NCBI RefSeq assembly: GCF_006345805.1 | Contig: NC_043007.1 | Span: 56,978,001 to 57,042,000, forward strand | Length of the DNA: 64,000 nt | Source: Octopus sinensis | Lineage: Eukaryota | Reading direction: 5' to 3' | Part shown: one piece after another, positions 50,948 through 61,344 of the stretch | Position numbering within the stretch: position 1 is the first letter of the stretch | Layout of the letters: the number at the start of each line of letters is the position of its first letter | Notes under the pieces: model-generated | Database searches by the model: none | Told to the model about the DNA's origin: nothing | Seen by the model: the letters and a program-made list of their open reading frames with translations, nothing else | Position numbers and translations under genes: made by a program

Positions 50948-52875
50948 CTACTTACTGTTGTTGTTGGTGGGGGTGGCTCCCTTGTGCTTTTGCACGGGTG
51001 CTTCCACGATATTTTTATAAAGTTTCTTTGAGAAACTTTTCCCTAGTGATCCGACATCGTTAGGGAATATTTGTTTTATGTCACTGTATGTTTTTGAGTT
51101 AATTTTGATTGTGAGAATGTGTGCTGGTGGTGTGTTGTGTGCTGGAATTATGAAATCTGTAATGTTTGTACTTGTGTTGTCTTTTAGGTATGCAACAAGT
51201 TTTTCATTTTTTGTGTTTATTGCTGTAATCGTGTCTGTGTATGTTGGTGTGTGTGGAAGTGGCAGTAGTGGTGTCGAAAGTGTTGTTGTTTGTTGTTGTG
51301 AGTGTGTGTTGTTGTTGTTGTTGATGTTGGGAAGCACTATTTGTTCGTGCTTCCCCTGTGTGTCCTTTTGTTTTTTCCTCCTTTTCTTCTTTGGAGGCAC
51401 TGTATGCCATTCCCCTTTCTCGGTATCAGTGCTCGCACAATCCGAGCTGTCCTGATCCAGAAAGGGAATGGCTGTCGGGTCCGCTTCATCAGCAGGGCGA
51501 AAAAATTTTGTTGGTTCTGCTGGTAGCGGTGGTGTTGCTGTGTCTTTTGGTAATGGTGACGGTGTTGGTGTTTCTTCTTCTTGTTTTTTTGTTGTTGTTT
51601 TTCTTGGTGCTGGGGTTGGTGTTGGTTTGGTGGTTGTTGTTGGAGGTGGTGTCGTTCGTCGTGGTGGTGGTGATGGTGTTGGTGGTGTGGCAGTCTTTGG
51701 TGTAACTTGCTGTTGTTGTTTCTGTTGTTGTTGTTGCTGCTGCTGCTGCCTCTTGCCGTATGTCTCCATTCTTTTTTTGTGAATGGGGCAGTCCTTCTTA
51801 AGGTGGTTTTCGCTACTGCAGAGGTAACATTTTGGCTTTCGCCCCTCTACAGTAACGTGCAGCCTGGTTCCGTCTGGTAAATTAACCGAGTCAGGTATGG
51901 CATTAATGTTTTCCTGCTAGATTTGTACCAGCAGTTGAACACCCATACCTGACCAGTCCTTCTCTCTCACCCTTCGTACATCTAGAATAGTGGCAGTGTC
52001 CTCTATGTCATAGAGGACAGCCGCCACCAGCCATGATATACTGAGTTCGGGAGGCATTATATCAATTTTAATTTTTTGCACTCTCCGCCCAAGGTATGAT
52101 GGGACCAGAAACAAATTTTCATTTTGCAAGGGCGAAATGGCATGCGCCCTTGCATCATCTTCCGTTGGGAAGCGAACCTCCACGGTCCCGTAACGCTTCC
52201 CTCTTGTGACACAGCTCTTTTTGGCCCATATGGGTTTAAGAGCTATTTCCAATTGTTGGGGTGTTGCATTTGTTACCTTTTTGTTTTTCTTATCGAAAAC
52301 TTTGTAAATTACTGTTTTTTTATTTGTTTCGTTTATGAGTTTTTGAAGTGTATTGAGGAAACACTGTTTCCCTCTTTTCTCAACAACTCTTTTGCGGATT
52401 TTATTTCATTTATTGTAACTTTTACTTCCTCCGAGTTTTCTTTCGTGATGGAGGCAAAATTGCTATGGTGGCTTGTTGTGTTGTTGCTGGTAGTTGTGTC
52501 GGTGTGGCTGCTTTTTATTTTCTTTTCTTCTTTTTCCGGTACTGTTGCACTGATGGAAGGAAGAGAAAGAACATCTTTCTTGACGTCAAAGATGACGCCA
52601 TCTTTGTTGATTTTCGTTGCAACGGTCTTTCCTCCGTCCTTCTCCACTACTGGGACGCTGGTAGAGGGAAGAGGAGGGAAATCTTCGAAGACGTCAAAAG
52701 TGACGCCTTCGTTTTCATTTTCATTTGGAACGTTTTGTTTTCCAGCACGTTCCATCCGAATATTTTCTTTGCCTTTTAAGGCACGAAATGGGCGGTTCGG
52801 AGCCGCTAATGAAATTTTTTCGTGTGGTGGGGGTAAAGCTTGAAGGAGAGAACAGCCAGTTCTTTTCATAGCCAT
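50948..52875 (-). pseudogene. Tx1-type ORF1 with a CCHC zinc knuckle
   Basis: Reconstructed across a frameshift (~52370), an in-frame TAG (51917-51919) and a frameshift in an A-run (~51775). Contains CYLCSSENHLKKDC (CX2CX4HX4C), polyQ, a Pro/Thr-rich segment and PPKKKRRKK. Confidence 0.85.
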
Positions 52876-53617
52876 TTTGAAAATTTGTGAGTGAAATGTA
52901 TGCAAAAGTCAAATATGAAACAGTGATTTTACTCCCAATGGGGTAAAATTTTGCCTAGCCAACTAGCTCTGCTAGAAGTTAGTTAGCTTGGTCACACAAA
53001 TATCGAAAAATATAAAAACTTTTCACAGGATTTCCAACAAAATTTGCAGAAAACTTACGGAGCAGCTTCACACACGTCCGTCTTCTCGGAAAGAAATAAT
53101 AATAATAATAATAATAATTTGAAGTAATCTCAAAGATTAACTACTCATTCAATTATATTTCGCCTTGAACGTCTTCGACTGTTTGCGACGAAAAGATACA
53201 AACGAAGGCCATCCTCCATGTTAATACACAACCGCATAAAACGTCGTGCGTTGACAGTATTCAGTATTTGTATCTACGAAAAATCAACGGAAAGGAAATC
53301 ACTCTCAACATATTTGGTTCATAAAAATCATTTGACAAAATATTTGAAAAGAATTGAACGCCTGAACCATCACTACAAGAAACTTGAAACCAGTTATGAA
53401 TTCTAGCTCAAGAGAGAGGAAATAATCCCTTCAAATCAGTATTTGATGGGTTTTTAAAGTGTATATTATACAGTGCTTTTTGAAACGGCAATACCGTTTG
53501 GCTGGATCAATTAATTTCTGCAGAAAATTCCTGAGTGCTTTCTAAATAATTGAACATGCCAAAATGTAGAAGTCACCACTTGTGCTGGGGCTATTTCTAG
53601 CGTCGGAAGTCAACAGT

Positions 53618-54160
53618 TGTACATAGAAGACGACGAAATTTGTTGAGATTTTTACTAACAAACTTTTATTCTTATCGCACACATGAGACAAATATTGTGG
53701 TTACTACAAACGACAAGTGTTGAGAGAGCTTGGATGTTATTGTTCTTGGTGTAATTGTAATAGAAGTAAAAAATTAACAGCTAGTCGTTGTATTGTTGTC
53801 GATAGTTCGTTATGTTGATGTGAGTCCGGTTCAGCCGCTGCCAGTGTCTGTTCGCCGTCCGCCTGCCGTCTCGTTTCATGCTCTCTCTTTCTCTCTCTCT
53901 CTGCTACACCCGAAAGCTCTTTGGCTGATGGTTGCGTGTGAGTCGATTTATACTGATTGATGGGCTCAGAAAGGAGCGTGCTAAAAGTTGAAATTGTCAC
54001 TGAGGCCTATTCCACGTGAAGTAGTCATTGGTCAGATTTTGTTTATCATGTGGGTAATATTCTTTCCACTCGAAATCGTGACTGATCAGATTTTGTTGAT
54101 AACGTGGGTAAAATTCCAGCGAATCGCGACATCGGGTCATTGCTGAATATTCCTGCAACA
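53618..54160 (-). mobile_element. Putative solo LTR
   Basis: TGT...ACA termini. On the minus strand: two ~33-bp U3-like direct repeats (~54027-54113), TATAAAT (~53947-53953), and AATAAA about 50 bp before the terminal CA. No TSD was found. Confidence 0.5.
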
Positions 54161-54539
54161 TTGACGCTTCACCTTTGTAACGTGATGAGTTTACTTAACG
54201 AAGCCGCTGCTCACACTGAATTATATAGCATGTCTTAAAACCTTCGAGATGAACTTGGCCATCAAGTGTAGAATGTCTTTGTAACAAACACAAAGTAAAC
54301 CAGTCACACATACAACAGTGACAGAACACGAACAATCAACCAATTGGTTAGCCATCCTGTACACTAACCGCTTGGCCAATATATTGTTTCCAACAGAAAT
54401 AAGAATTTATAGAATTGAAAACAAAAGAAAGAAAATCATGAAAGAAGAATCGGTGATTTTTCAGCATGTGTTCGGATGGAATGGTAAGGCCAATGTAGAG
54501 GTTATTTGTTTCTGATCTGGTTGGATGAGAATCTCGGTT

Positions 54540-54830
54540 GAGTATGGTGATGGTAGTAATGATTATGTTGGTGACAGTGGTGATTGTGATGAAGACGGCA
54601 GTGCTGATGTGTTGGTGATTGTGATGATAGTAATGGCGACTGAGTGATGATGATGGTGATGGCAATAATGATGATGACGGTGGCTATGGTGATGTTGGGA
54701 CGATGAGGTTAATGGTGATGGTGGCCATAGTGGTATGGTAATTTTTATGCGACGGTAGTGATGATAATTGTAATGTTCTTCAGGGCTTTTGATGATGATG
54801 ACAATGATGATGATAGTGGTGGGGTGGTGG
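54540..54830. repeat. Degenerate (GAT/GGT)n triplet repeat
   Basis: Direct reading. A (TAC)n tract also occurs at ~55047-55083. Confidence 0.8.
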
Positions 54831-55045
54831 CAGCGGCAGTAGAAGAAAGAAGACTTGCAAATGTCACACATACGTTGCTTTGCACTTCAGTACCGTTATT
54901 AATTCATTGAGTTGTTGTTTCGTCGAGTTAATTAATTAATTGGAAATATAGACATACAATTGAACTGATAAAGATTAGCGAGTTGGAACTTACACAGCGA
55001 ATGTTAGAAAACAGATGTTCGTTATCCATGATGACAGTCGTGGTA

Positions 55046-55083
<38 letters not shown>

Positions 55084-55341
55084 AGATAGCAGTGATGGTA
55101 TGTCATAATGGTAATTAAGAAATAGATAAAAGTTGGAGACGAGAAAGTAGTTAAGTAGAGGAGGGGTGCAAATGATGTTTTTTACTGTATTTTTGACTTT
55201 GAGACAAAATATATTTCTTACAAGTGTTCTCTACCCCTCAGAATGCCTTTCCTAAATGCATTAAAAGCGTTATGATATAATTTGATCTCTATTTCAGAAA
55301 ATTATCGCCGTTCTCTTGGAGGATATAAATGACAAATTTTG

Positions 55342-55672
55342 ATGGGGCAAAATGAGTAACCCAAGATAAGGTAAATTTGCCGTTCCAGTTCTCTAGAAAG
55401 CTGGCTCATATACATCAATATCCATCCCTAGACATCAGAAAGACCAGAAGTGCAAAAGCAATTTTAAATATCAAGGTCAAATGGAAGAGGGTCGGGAAAA
55501 ATAGTACATGATATGAAATTAACGAAACTCGATTAAATAAAAATAGAACTCAACATATAATATCAATAGCTTCTTCACGATCTGGCGAAATGTCCCTTTC
55601 GTTGTATATTTACTAATTATGCAATTAAAAAGAAGAAATTATTGAAATTAGACATTACTCATTTTACCCCAT
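55342..55672. mobile_element. MITE-like element with 18-bp inverted termini
   Basis: ATGGGGCAAAATGAGTAA / ATGGGGTAAAATGAGTAA (17 of 18 match). A third related end lies at ~55997-56015. Confidence 0.55.
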
Positions 55673-56081
55673 TTTAGACATGTTTTGAAACTTGAGAATT
55701 ATCAAACTAGACATTAGTGTGGGGGAAAATTAACTTAGAATCCAACAGAGAAGAGAATATTGATTGTTGATAGTTTATTAGCAGCCTCAATTACAATCGG
55801 ATCAAAGGTGAGGAAAAAGTTTTTTTGAGAATAGAGGATCTTCCACCTGACTATGTTTTGGACCCTCTCAACTTCAACAACAACTATGCTGACCAATTTT
55901 TATTCCTAAAGATGATGCAGCAGTTCAAAATAATGATACAATACTTGCAATATAATAATTTCAAATGGGTAGGGAGAAATTAACGAGAAATCAGAAGCAA
56001 CTCATTTTGCTCCCTCGCCTATTTTGCCTGTCATGGGAAATGTAGATATTTTAAACTCGGCACTTCACATAACTGTGTGGT

Positions 56082-57349
56082 CAGTGGCGGAGCTAATAGG
56101 GGAGCAAGGAGAGCGACGGCTCCTTTACCTCTAAGCACATTTTTCGAAATTGGTGCCTTCTCGACATTTTTAAAACTATTCAGGCTAAAACATTTTTAAG
56201 GATTTAAGGATTTAAGGCGCCAATTGTGAGATAAAATGTTGAGAAGGCGCCATTGTGCGATAAAAGTCAAATTCTTTGTTAATCGTATGGCCCTGAAAGA
56301 ACTTTCTAGAGTCATTACTTTATTTGATCAACCTCTTGTGTTTTCGAACTGTCTCCTGTGATGTGTTGGTGACCGCTGACATCTGAAGAATCAAAACAAA
56401 CCTTGACTTTATAACCTCTCGACACTGAGGCGATCCCGCAGAGTTTCATCTTTTTCACGTTATACCTATATGAGTAGTTGCAAGTTTCATACATAATGGC
56501 ATTTTTACTGAAACATGAAATTAATGAATGTGGAATACATTTACATATGTAACGGTAAAGCTTACCAGTTGTAAGCGATGAAAGATATGTTGTTATAATT
56601 GCATACTGTAGGATGAACAATGCATGAAGTTTTAAGAAAGTATTTACCGATACGTTACAATACGTTGCCTCGACTGGCAGGTTATGATAAATCTAAAAGT
56701 ATACTAAATAAAGTTTGTGTTTGGGTTCTCTTCATTGTTTACTAGTGGTTACAGAGAGAAATAGAATGATGTTGTAAGAGAACAGAATTAGAGCTAGTGA
56801 GAGTTGTAGACTGTGGGACGTTGTCTCACAGTTGCTGACAGTAAACTTCATTTCTCCCTCTGACCAATGTTCTAGCTGGTCAGCCAGACTTCGTTGAGTC
56901 GTCACCGACTGTGACTAACTGATTTTTGCTTGGGGTGTGCTTGCTTTTATAACGACACAGAAGGATAGATATATCATTGAGAACACTAGATTTAGTTGGT
57001 GGTCTTGTTATCTCTATTCTAGCTTTTGATGAAGTAGAAGAGGTTAGAAAGGGTCAAGTGGTGAAGACATTATTTCGGCCTAGCTAAAGGCATCTAGAAA
57101 ATGTAAAACTGCTGTCAGAGAAAAACCATTGTTCCACCGTGGGAAAAGTCCTGTTGCAGGGTTAATTTAAATTTGGCTATGGTGGATCGAATCCACTTCA
57201 TGCTTGCAAGATCCACTACATATATATTGTAACTAATGAAACATCTCGCGTAATGTAAGAAAAATGAGTTGAAAATTGTTAGGTATGTGTCACGGCGCCT
57301 TTTCTTATGTGCTCGTTACCCCCAACTTTAGAACATTGCTACGCCTCTG
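56082..57349. mobile_element. Non-autonomous hAT element (~1.27 kb)
   Basis: TIRs CAGTGGCGGAGC / CAGAGGCGTAGC, a degenerate 8-bp TSD TGTGTGGT / CGTCTGGT, and subterminal GGCGCC motifs at both ends. Confidence 0.65.
56690..57010 (-). mobile_element. LTR-like segment nested in the hAT element
   Basis: Minus-strand TATAAAAGC at ~56945 followed by LTR-like low-complexity sequence. The termini are not defined. Confidence 0.25.
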
Positions 57350-57945
57350 CGTCTGGTTAACAAGTTCAGTTCGCAACTATATGGTTTCTCTTAATGGCAT
57401 AGTATCTTGGCAAATGTATATATTTAACTAATAAGTCTTGTGATTGGAACTTACTACATGGGAGCTGCAAAGGTTTTTCTTTTTCTTGTTTTCCTTATTT
57501 TTTTTATTAAATATAAATTTAGCTTTAAAAATTGGTTATTGGTTACAGAATTTTATCTTTGTGGCCAGAGTAACTGCAATCGAACTGGCTTGATTTCTAA
57601 ACTTCTTTCAGGGAGGATGATAGAAGAGAGAAGGGCAGAGAGTCAATGATAGAGGAGAAAAGAGAGGGGAAGGTTAATGTCAAATTTAGAGTAAGAGAGA
57701 GGATCTATGACAGTTATGAGTAACTTACGAACCGCGAGGCTTACTAAATGGCGTCTAACGAAAAATTACCGTCAATATCATTCATGGTGTGGTCCACCTA
57801 ATGATGCGGCCTGATTCTCGAAAAAGATTACCCATGCCTAATGTTCGAGATATATTAGTGACTTAGTCAGAGACAATTTGGCTCTCTTCTCATTAGCCCG
57901 ATAGAAAATTAAGGAAGCGAAAGAAAATAATTAATCTATGACTGT

Positions 57946-58489
57946 GTGGCAAGTAGCTTGCTTACCAACCACATAGTTCCGGGTTCTGATACCACTGCGT
58001 GGTACCTTGGGCAAATGCCTTCTACTATAGCCTCGGGCCGTCCCAAGCCTTGTGAGTGGATTTGGAAGACGGAAACTGAAAGAAGACCGTTGTATATATA
58101 TATATACTCTTTACTCTTTTACTTATTTCAGTCATTTGACTGCGGCCATGCTGGAGCACCGCCTTTAGTCGAGCAAATCGACCCCAGGGCTTATTCTTTG
58201 TAAGCCCAGTACTTATTATATCGTTATCTTTTTGCCGAACCGCTAAGTGACGGGGACGTAAACACACCAGCATCAGTTGTCAAGCAATGCTAGGGGGACA
58301 AACAGACACACACACACACATATACATATATACGACAGGCTTCTTTCAGTTTCCGTCTACCAAATCCACTCACAAGGCATTGGTCGGCCCGGGGCTATAG
58401 CAGAAGACACTTACCCAAGATGCCACGCAGTGGGACTGAACCCGGAACCATGTGGTTGGTTAGCAAGCTACTTACCACACAGCCACTCC
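57946..58489. mobile_element. Inverted pair of tRNA-derived SINEs (5' half on plus 57946-58100; full copy on minus 58105-58489)
   Basis: The heads are reverse complements over ~150 bp; CpG largely intact. Confidence 0.85.
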
Positions 58490-58745
58490 ATAATTTAAAA
58501 TAATGAGGGTAAAAATTGAATATTAATTTGATTAATATCAATTTAAAACCAGTGGTCTAGCATATAGAAAAATCTGAAGATTCAGAAAAATTATATTACA
58601 TACATATAAGAGGGACGACCACCAAATGGACATCCCTACGTACTAATGTGTCCATGCGATTCGAGTTGGCTACAGAAACAATAACCCCGCTGTTACTATT
58701 ATTTAAAGAATGGTTAGTATTAACAAAATATATATGATATATATT

Positions 58746-59060
58746 ATATAAAAAAATTAGAAAAAAAACAACCTTTTATCAATTCAAAATGAACAATTAA
58801 ATTACACCATCTAGAAAATTACATATAATAGAAATATTAAAATTAAAATAACAATAAAAATCAATGATTAAGTAAATTGCAAAAAAATAATAAAACGTAT
58901 ATAATTGGTTTTATTATTTTTTTTTCAATTTACTTAATCATTGATATTTTATTGTTATTTTAATTTGAATATTCCTATTATACGTAATTTTCTAGATGGT
59001 GTAATTTAATTGTTCATTTTGAATTGATAAAAGGTTGTTTTTTTTCTAATTTTTTATATA
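58746..59060. repeat. Long near-perfect inverted repeat (~150-bp arms, 11-bp spacer)
   Basis: For example ccttttatcaattcaaaatgaacaattaaattacaccatctagaaaattac versus its reverse complement at ~58983-59035. The spacer is 58897-58907. Confidence 0.92.
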
Positions 59061-59162
59061 TATATATTATATTGTGTGAAATTTGATTTAGTATTTCTAA
59101 ATTGAATTTTTTCCCCTGTAAGTTTGGATTTATATTCCCTCAAATAATTATTATATGTATAT

Positions 59163-59193
<31 letters not shown>

Positions 59194-60361
59194 GCATGTA
59201 TGCGTGTGTGTGCCTGTGTTTGCCCCCCACCGCCCAGCGCTTGACAACCGATGTTAGTGTGTTTACGTCTCCGTAACTTAGCGGTTCGGCAAAATTTACC
59301 GATAGAATAAGTACTAGGCTTACAAAGAATAAGTCCTGGGGGTGCTAATTCTTCGACTAAAGGCGGTACTCCAGCATGGCTAAAGTAAAATGACTGAAAG
59401 AAATGAAAGAATATCTAAAAACAAATGAAAGAAATTAGTACAAGGTCTTTGAAAGACAAATGATGGGGAGAAAAACGAAATAGAAAGAAAAAAGAGGAAT
59501 GGAAAATAAGGAAAGAGAGCGAAAAGATTGATAAAAAGGCGTAATATATAGGGAAGCTGAAGCGAAAACCCAATGAAAAGGGAAGAAATGAGAGTGAGGA
59601 ATGAAAGAGACAGAGAGAGTGAGATTAACGATGAGACCATGAAAAAGACGTAAAAGAAATAATGAACTTTTTTCTTTTCTCTTTCTTCCTTACGAATGGT
59701 TTCAGTACAGTTTTAACAGAAAGATTTAGAAGTATCAGAAGAAAGTTCTCCGGTAATTTTTTTTCATGTAAATAAATGTTTATGTTCACTTAAGAATTTG
59801 CCAGCAAAATCTTATAAAATAACAATGTTCTAAAAGATGTACATGTTTATGTGTTATATATATGAAAATAAAGAAAGCAGTAGAATAGTAAAACGTAGAC
59901 AAAAAGGATGAAAGAGAACGGGAAGATGAAAAGGAGAATAAAACAGCGAGAATGTTCTACTCGCTCTTTCTCAATGACTTTTCTTGTTTAACAGCGAATG
60001 CGAAATCAACAGAAAATGTGGGAAAAAAAGAAGAAATTTAAGAGAAATAAATAGAACGAAGAATAATTTCATACGAAACTACTGTCGGTGTGGGAAATAA
60101 CTCTGCTATAATGTGGATATGGCATTAAGCGTTACTATAGCAACCTTTGTGTGCAGCTAAACGTCAAGCCGTCAGTTTTGTTTGTCGTTACTCAACATTA
60201 TGACTGTAAGTTCTACCAACGTTTCAAATTGTCATGACAAACGTATTAGCGTAAAGTTAAGTTAGTCTAAAATTATCATTGGTACAGAGCCCAGTTAACT
60301 AAGATGTGTAGAAAATGGTGCCCATCTTACTCCTTCAATTAGTGGGTATTAACGTTTTAAA

Positions 60362-60590
60362 AGGCGGCGAGCTGGCAGAAACGTTAGCACGCCGGGCAAA
60401 ATGCTTAGCAGTATTTCGTCTGCCGCTACATTCTGAGTTCAAATTCCGCCGAGGTCGACTTTGCCTGTCATCCTTTCGGGGTCGATAAATTAAGTACCAG
60501 TTACGAACTGGGGTCGATATAATGACTTAATCCGTTTGTCTGTCCTTGTTTGTCCTCTCTGTGTTTAGCCCCTTGTGGGTAGTAAAAAAA
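60362..60590 (+). mobile_element. Young CpG-intact CORE-type SINE
   Basis: ggcggcgagctggcagaaacgttagcacgccgggc...tcatcctttcggggtcgataaattaagtaccagt. Similar copies at 42005-42215 (minus) and 37135-37345 (plus, decayed). Confidence 0.85.
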
Positions 60591-60714
60591 TAGGTATTAA
60601 CGGTTTAAAAAGAGAAATAAGTTAATGTATGGAACCCCCCCCCAGCTTTTCTGCTTTTATTCAGTACCTTACATTAAGATATTACACACACACGTGTGTG
60701 TGTAACATTCATAT

Positions 60715-60759
<45 letters not shown>

Positions 60760-60944
60760 ACAATAATGATAATAATAATAATAATGATTTGGACAAATAA
60801 GTCTAAGTCAATTAAAGTGTTTAAATATTGAGTAGAGCAATGGCACAGTTTAGGCAACCTGTTGTCATCCACAGTCGTGATACACTTCTGCTGGATCTAT
60901 TTCAGAAACTCCGCAGTGGCAGTTACAGTAATAATATTAATTAA

Positions 60945-61311
60945 CAGGAGATGGATTTGGTATTAAATCTTTATTGGGTGACCCATCAGTCTGGGTCTCT
61001 TCAGGTACATTGATAAAGAAGTGTCACTAGAGATTCTTAGTGTCAGGTGGCTTGTTATATTCCTATCAAGTTAGTTAATGAATAAAAGTAAATAATATAG
61101 AAATGCAAAAAATTCAAATATGAACATGAACATCTTGCATTCCAGTTTAGATAAAATGACCGAATCAGCTTTCACTGTCATAACTGCTTAGAGAAAAAAG
61201 AAAGTAGGAGGAGAAAAGAGATTAATACTTAGACAAGTAGTTTTCTGTTTGTGCATATACATACATAGAGACAGAGGAACACAGACACAGATATATATAT
61301 ATATATATATA

Positions 61312-61344
<33 letters not shown>

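Larger units (their letters stand above)
47256..53094 (-). mobile_element. Full-length (~5.8 kb) Tx1/L1-type LINE, inactivated
   Basis: 5' UTR starts TCTTTCCGAGAAGACGGACGTGTGTGAAGCTGCTCC, followed by ORF1, ORF2 and a 3' UTR ending CAATAAAAAAAA. Flanked by (AAT)7 at 47234-47254 and (AAT)8 at 53095-53118. Confidence 0.92.

Noticed and set aside
51078-52843. Plus-strand hydrophobic ORFs of up to 239 aa
   Set aside because: These are antisense shadows of the low-complexity Tx1 ORF1.
54348-54871. His/Thr/Ile-rich ORFs
   Set aside because: These are translations of a degenerate GAT/GGT triplet repeat.
58570-58595. CTGAAGA motif as a hammerhead in the AT-rich element
   Set aside because: No stem II/GAAA/stem III arrangement follows it.
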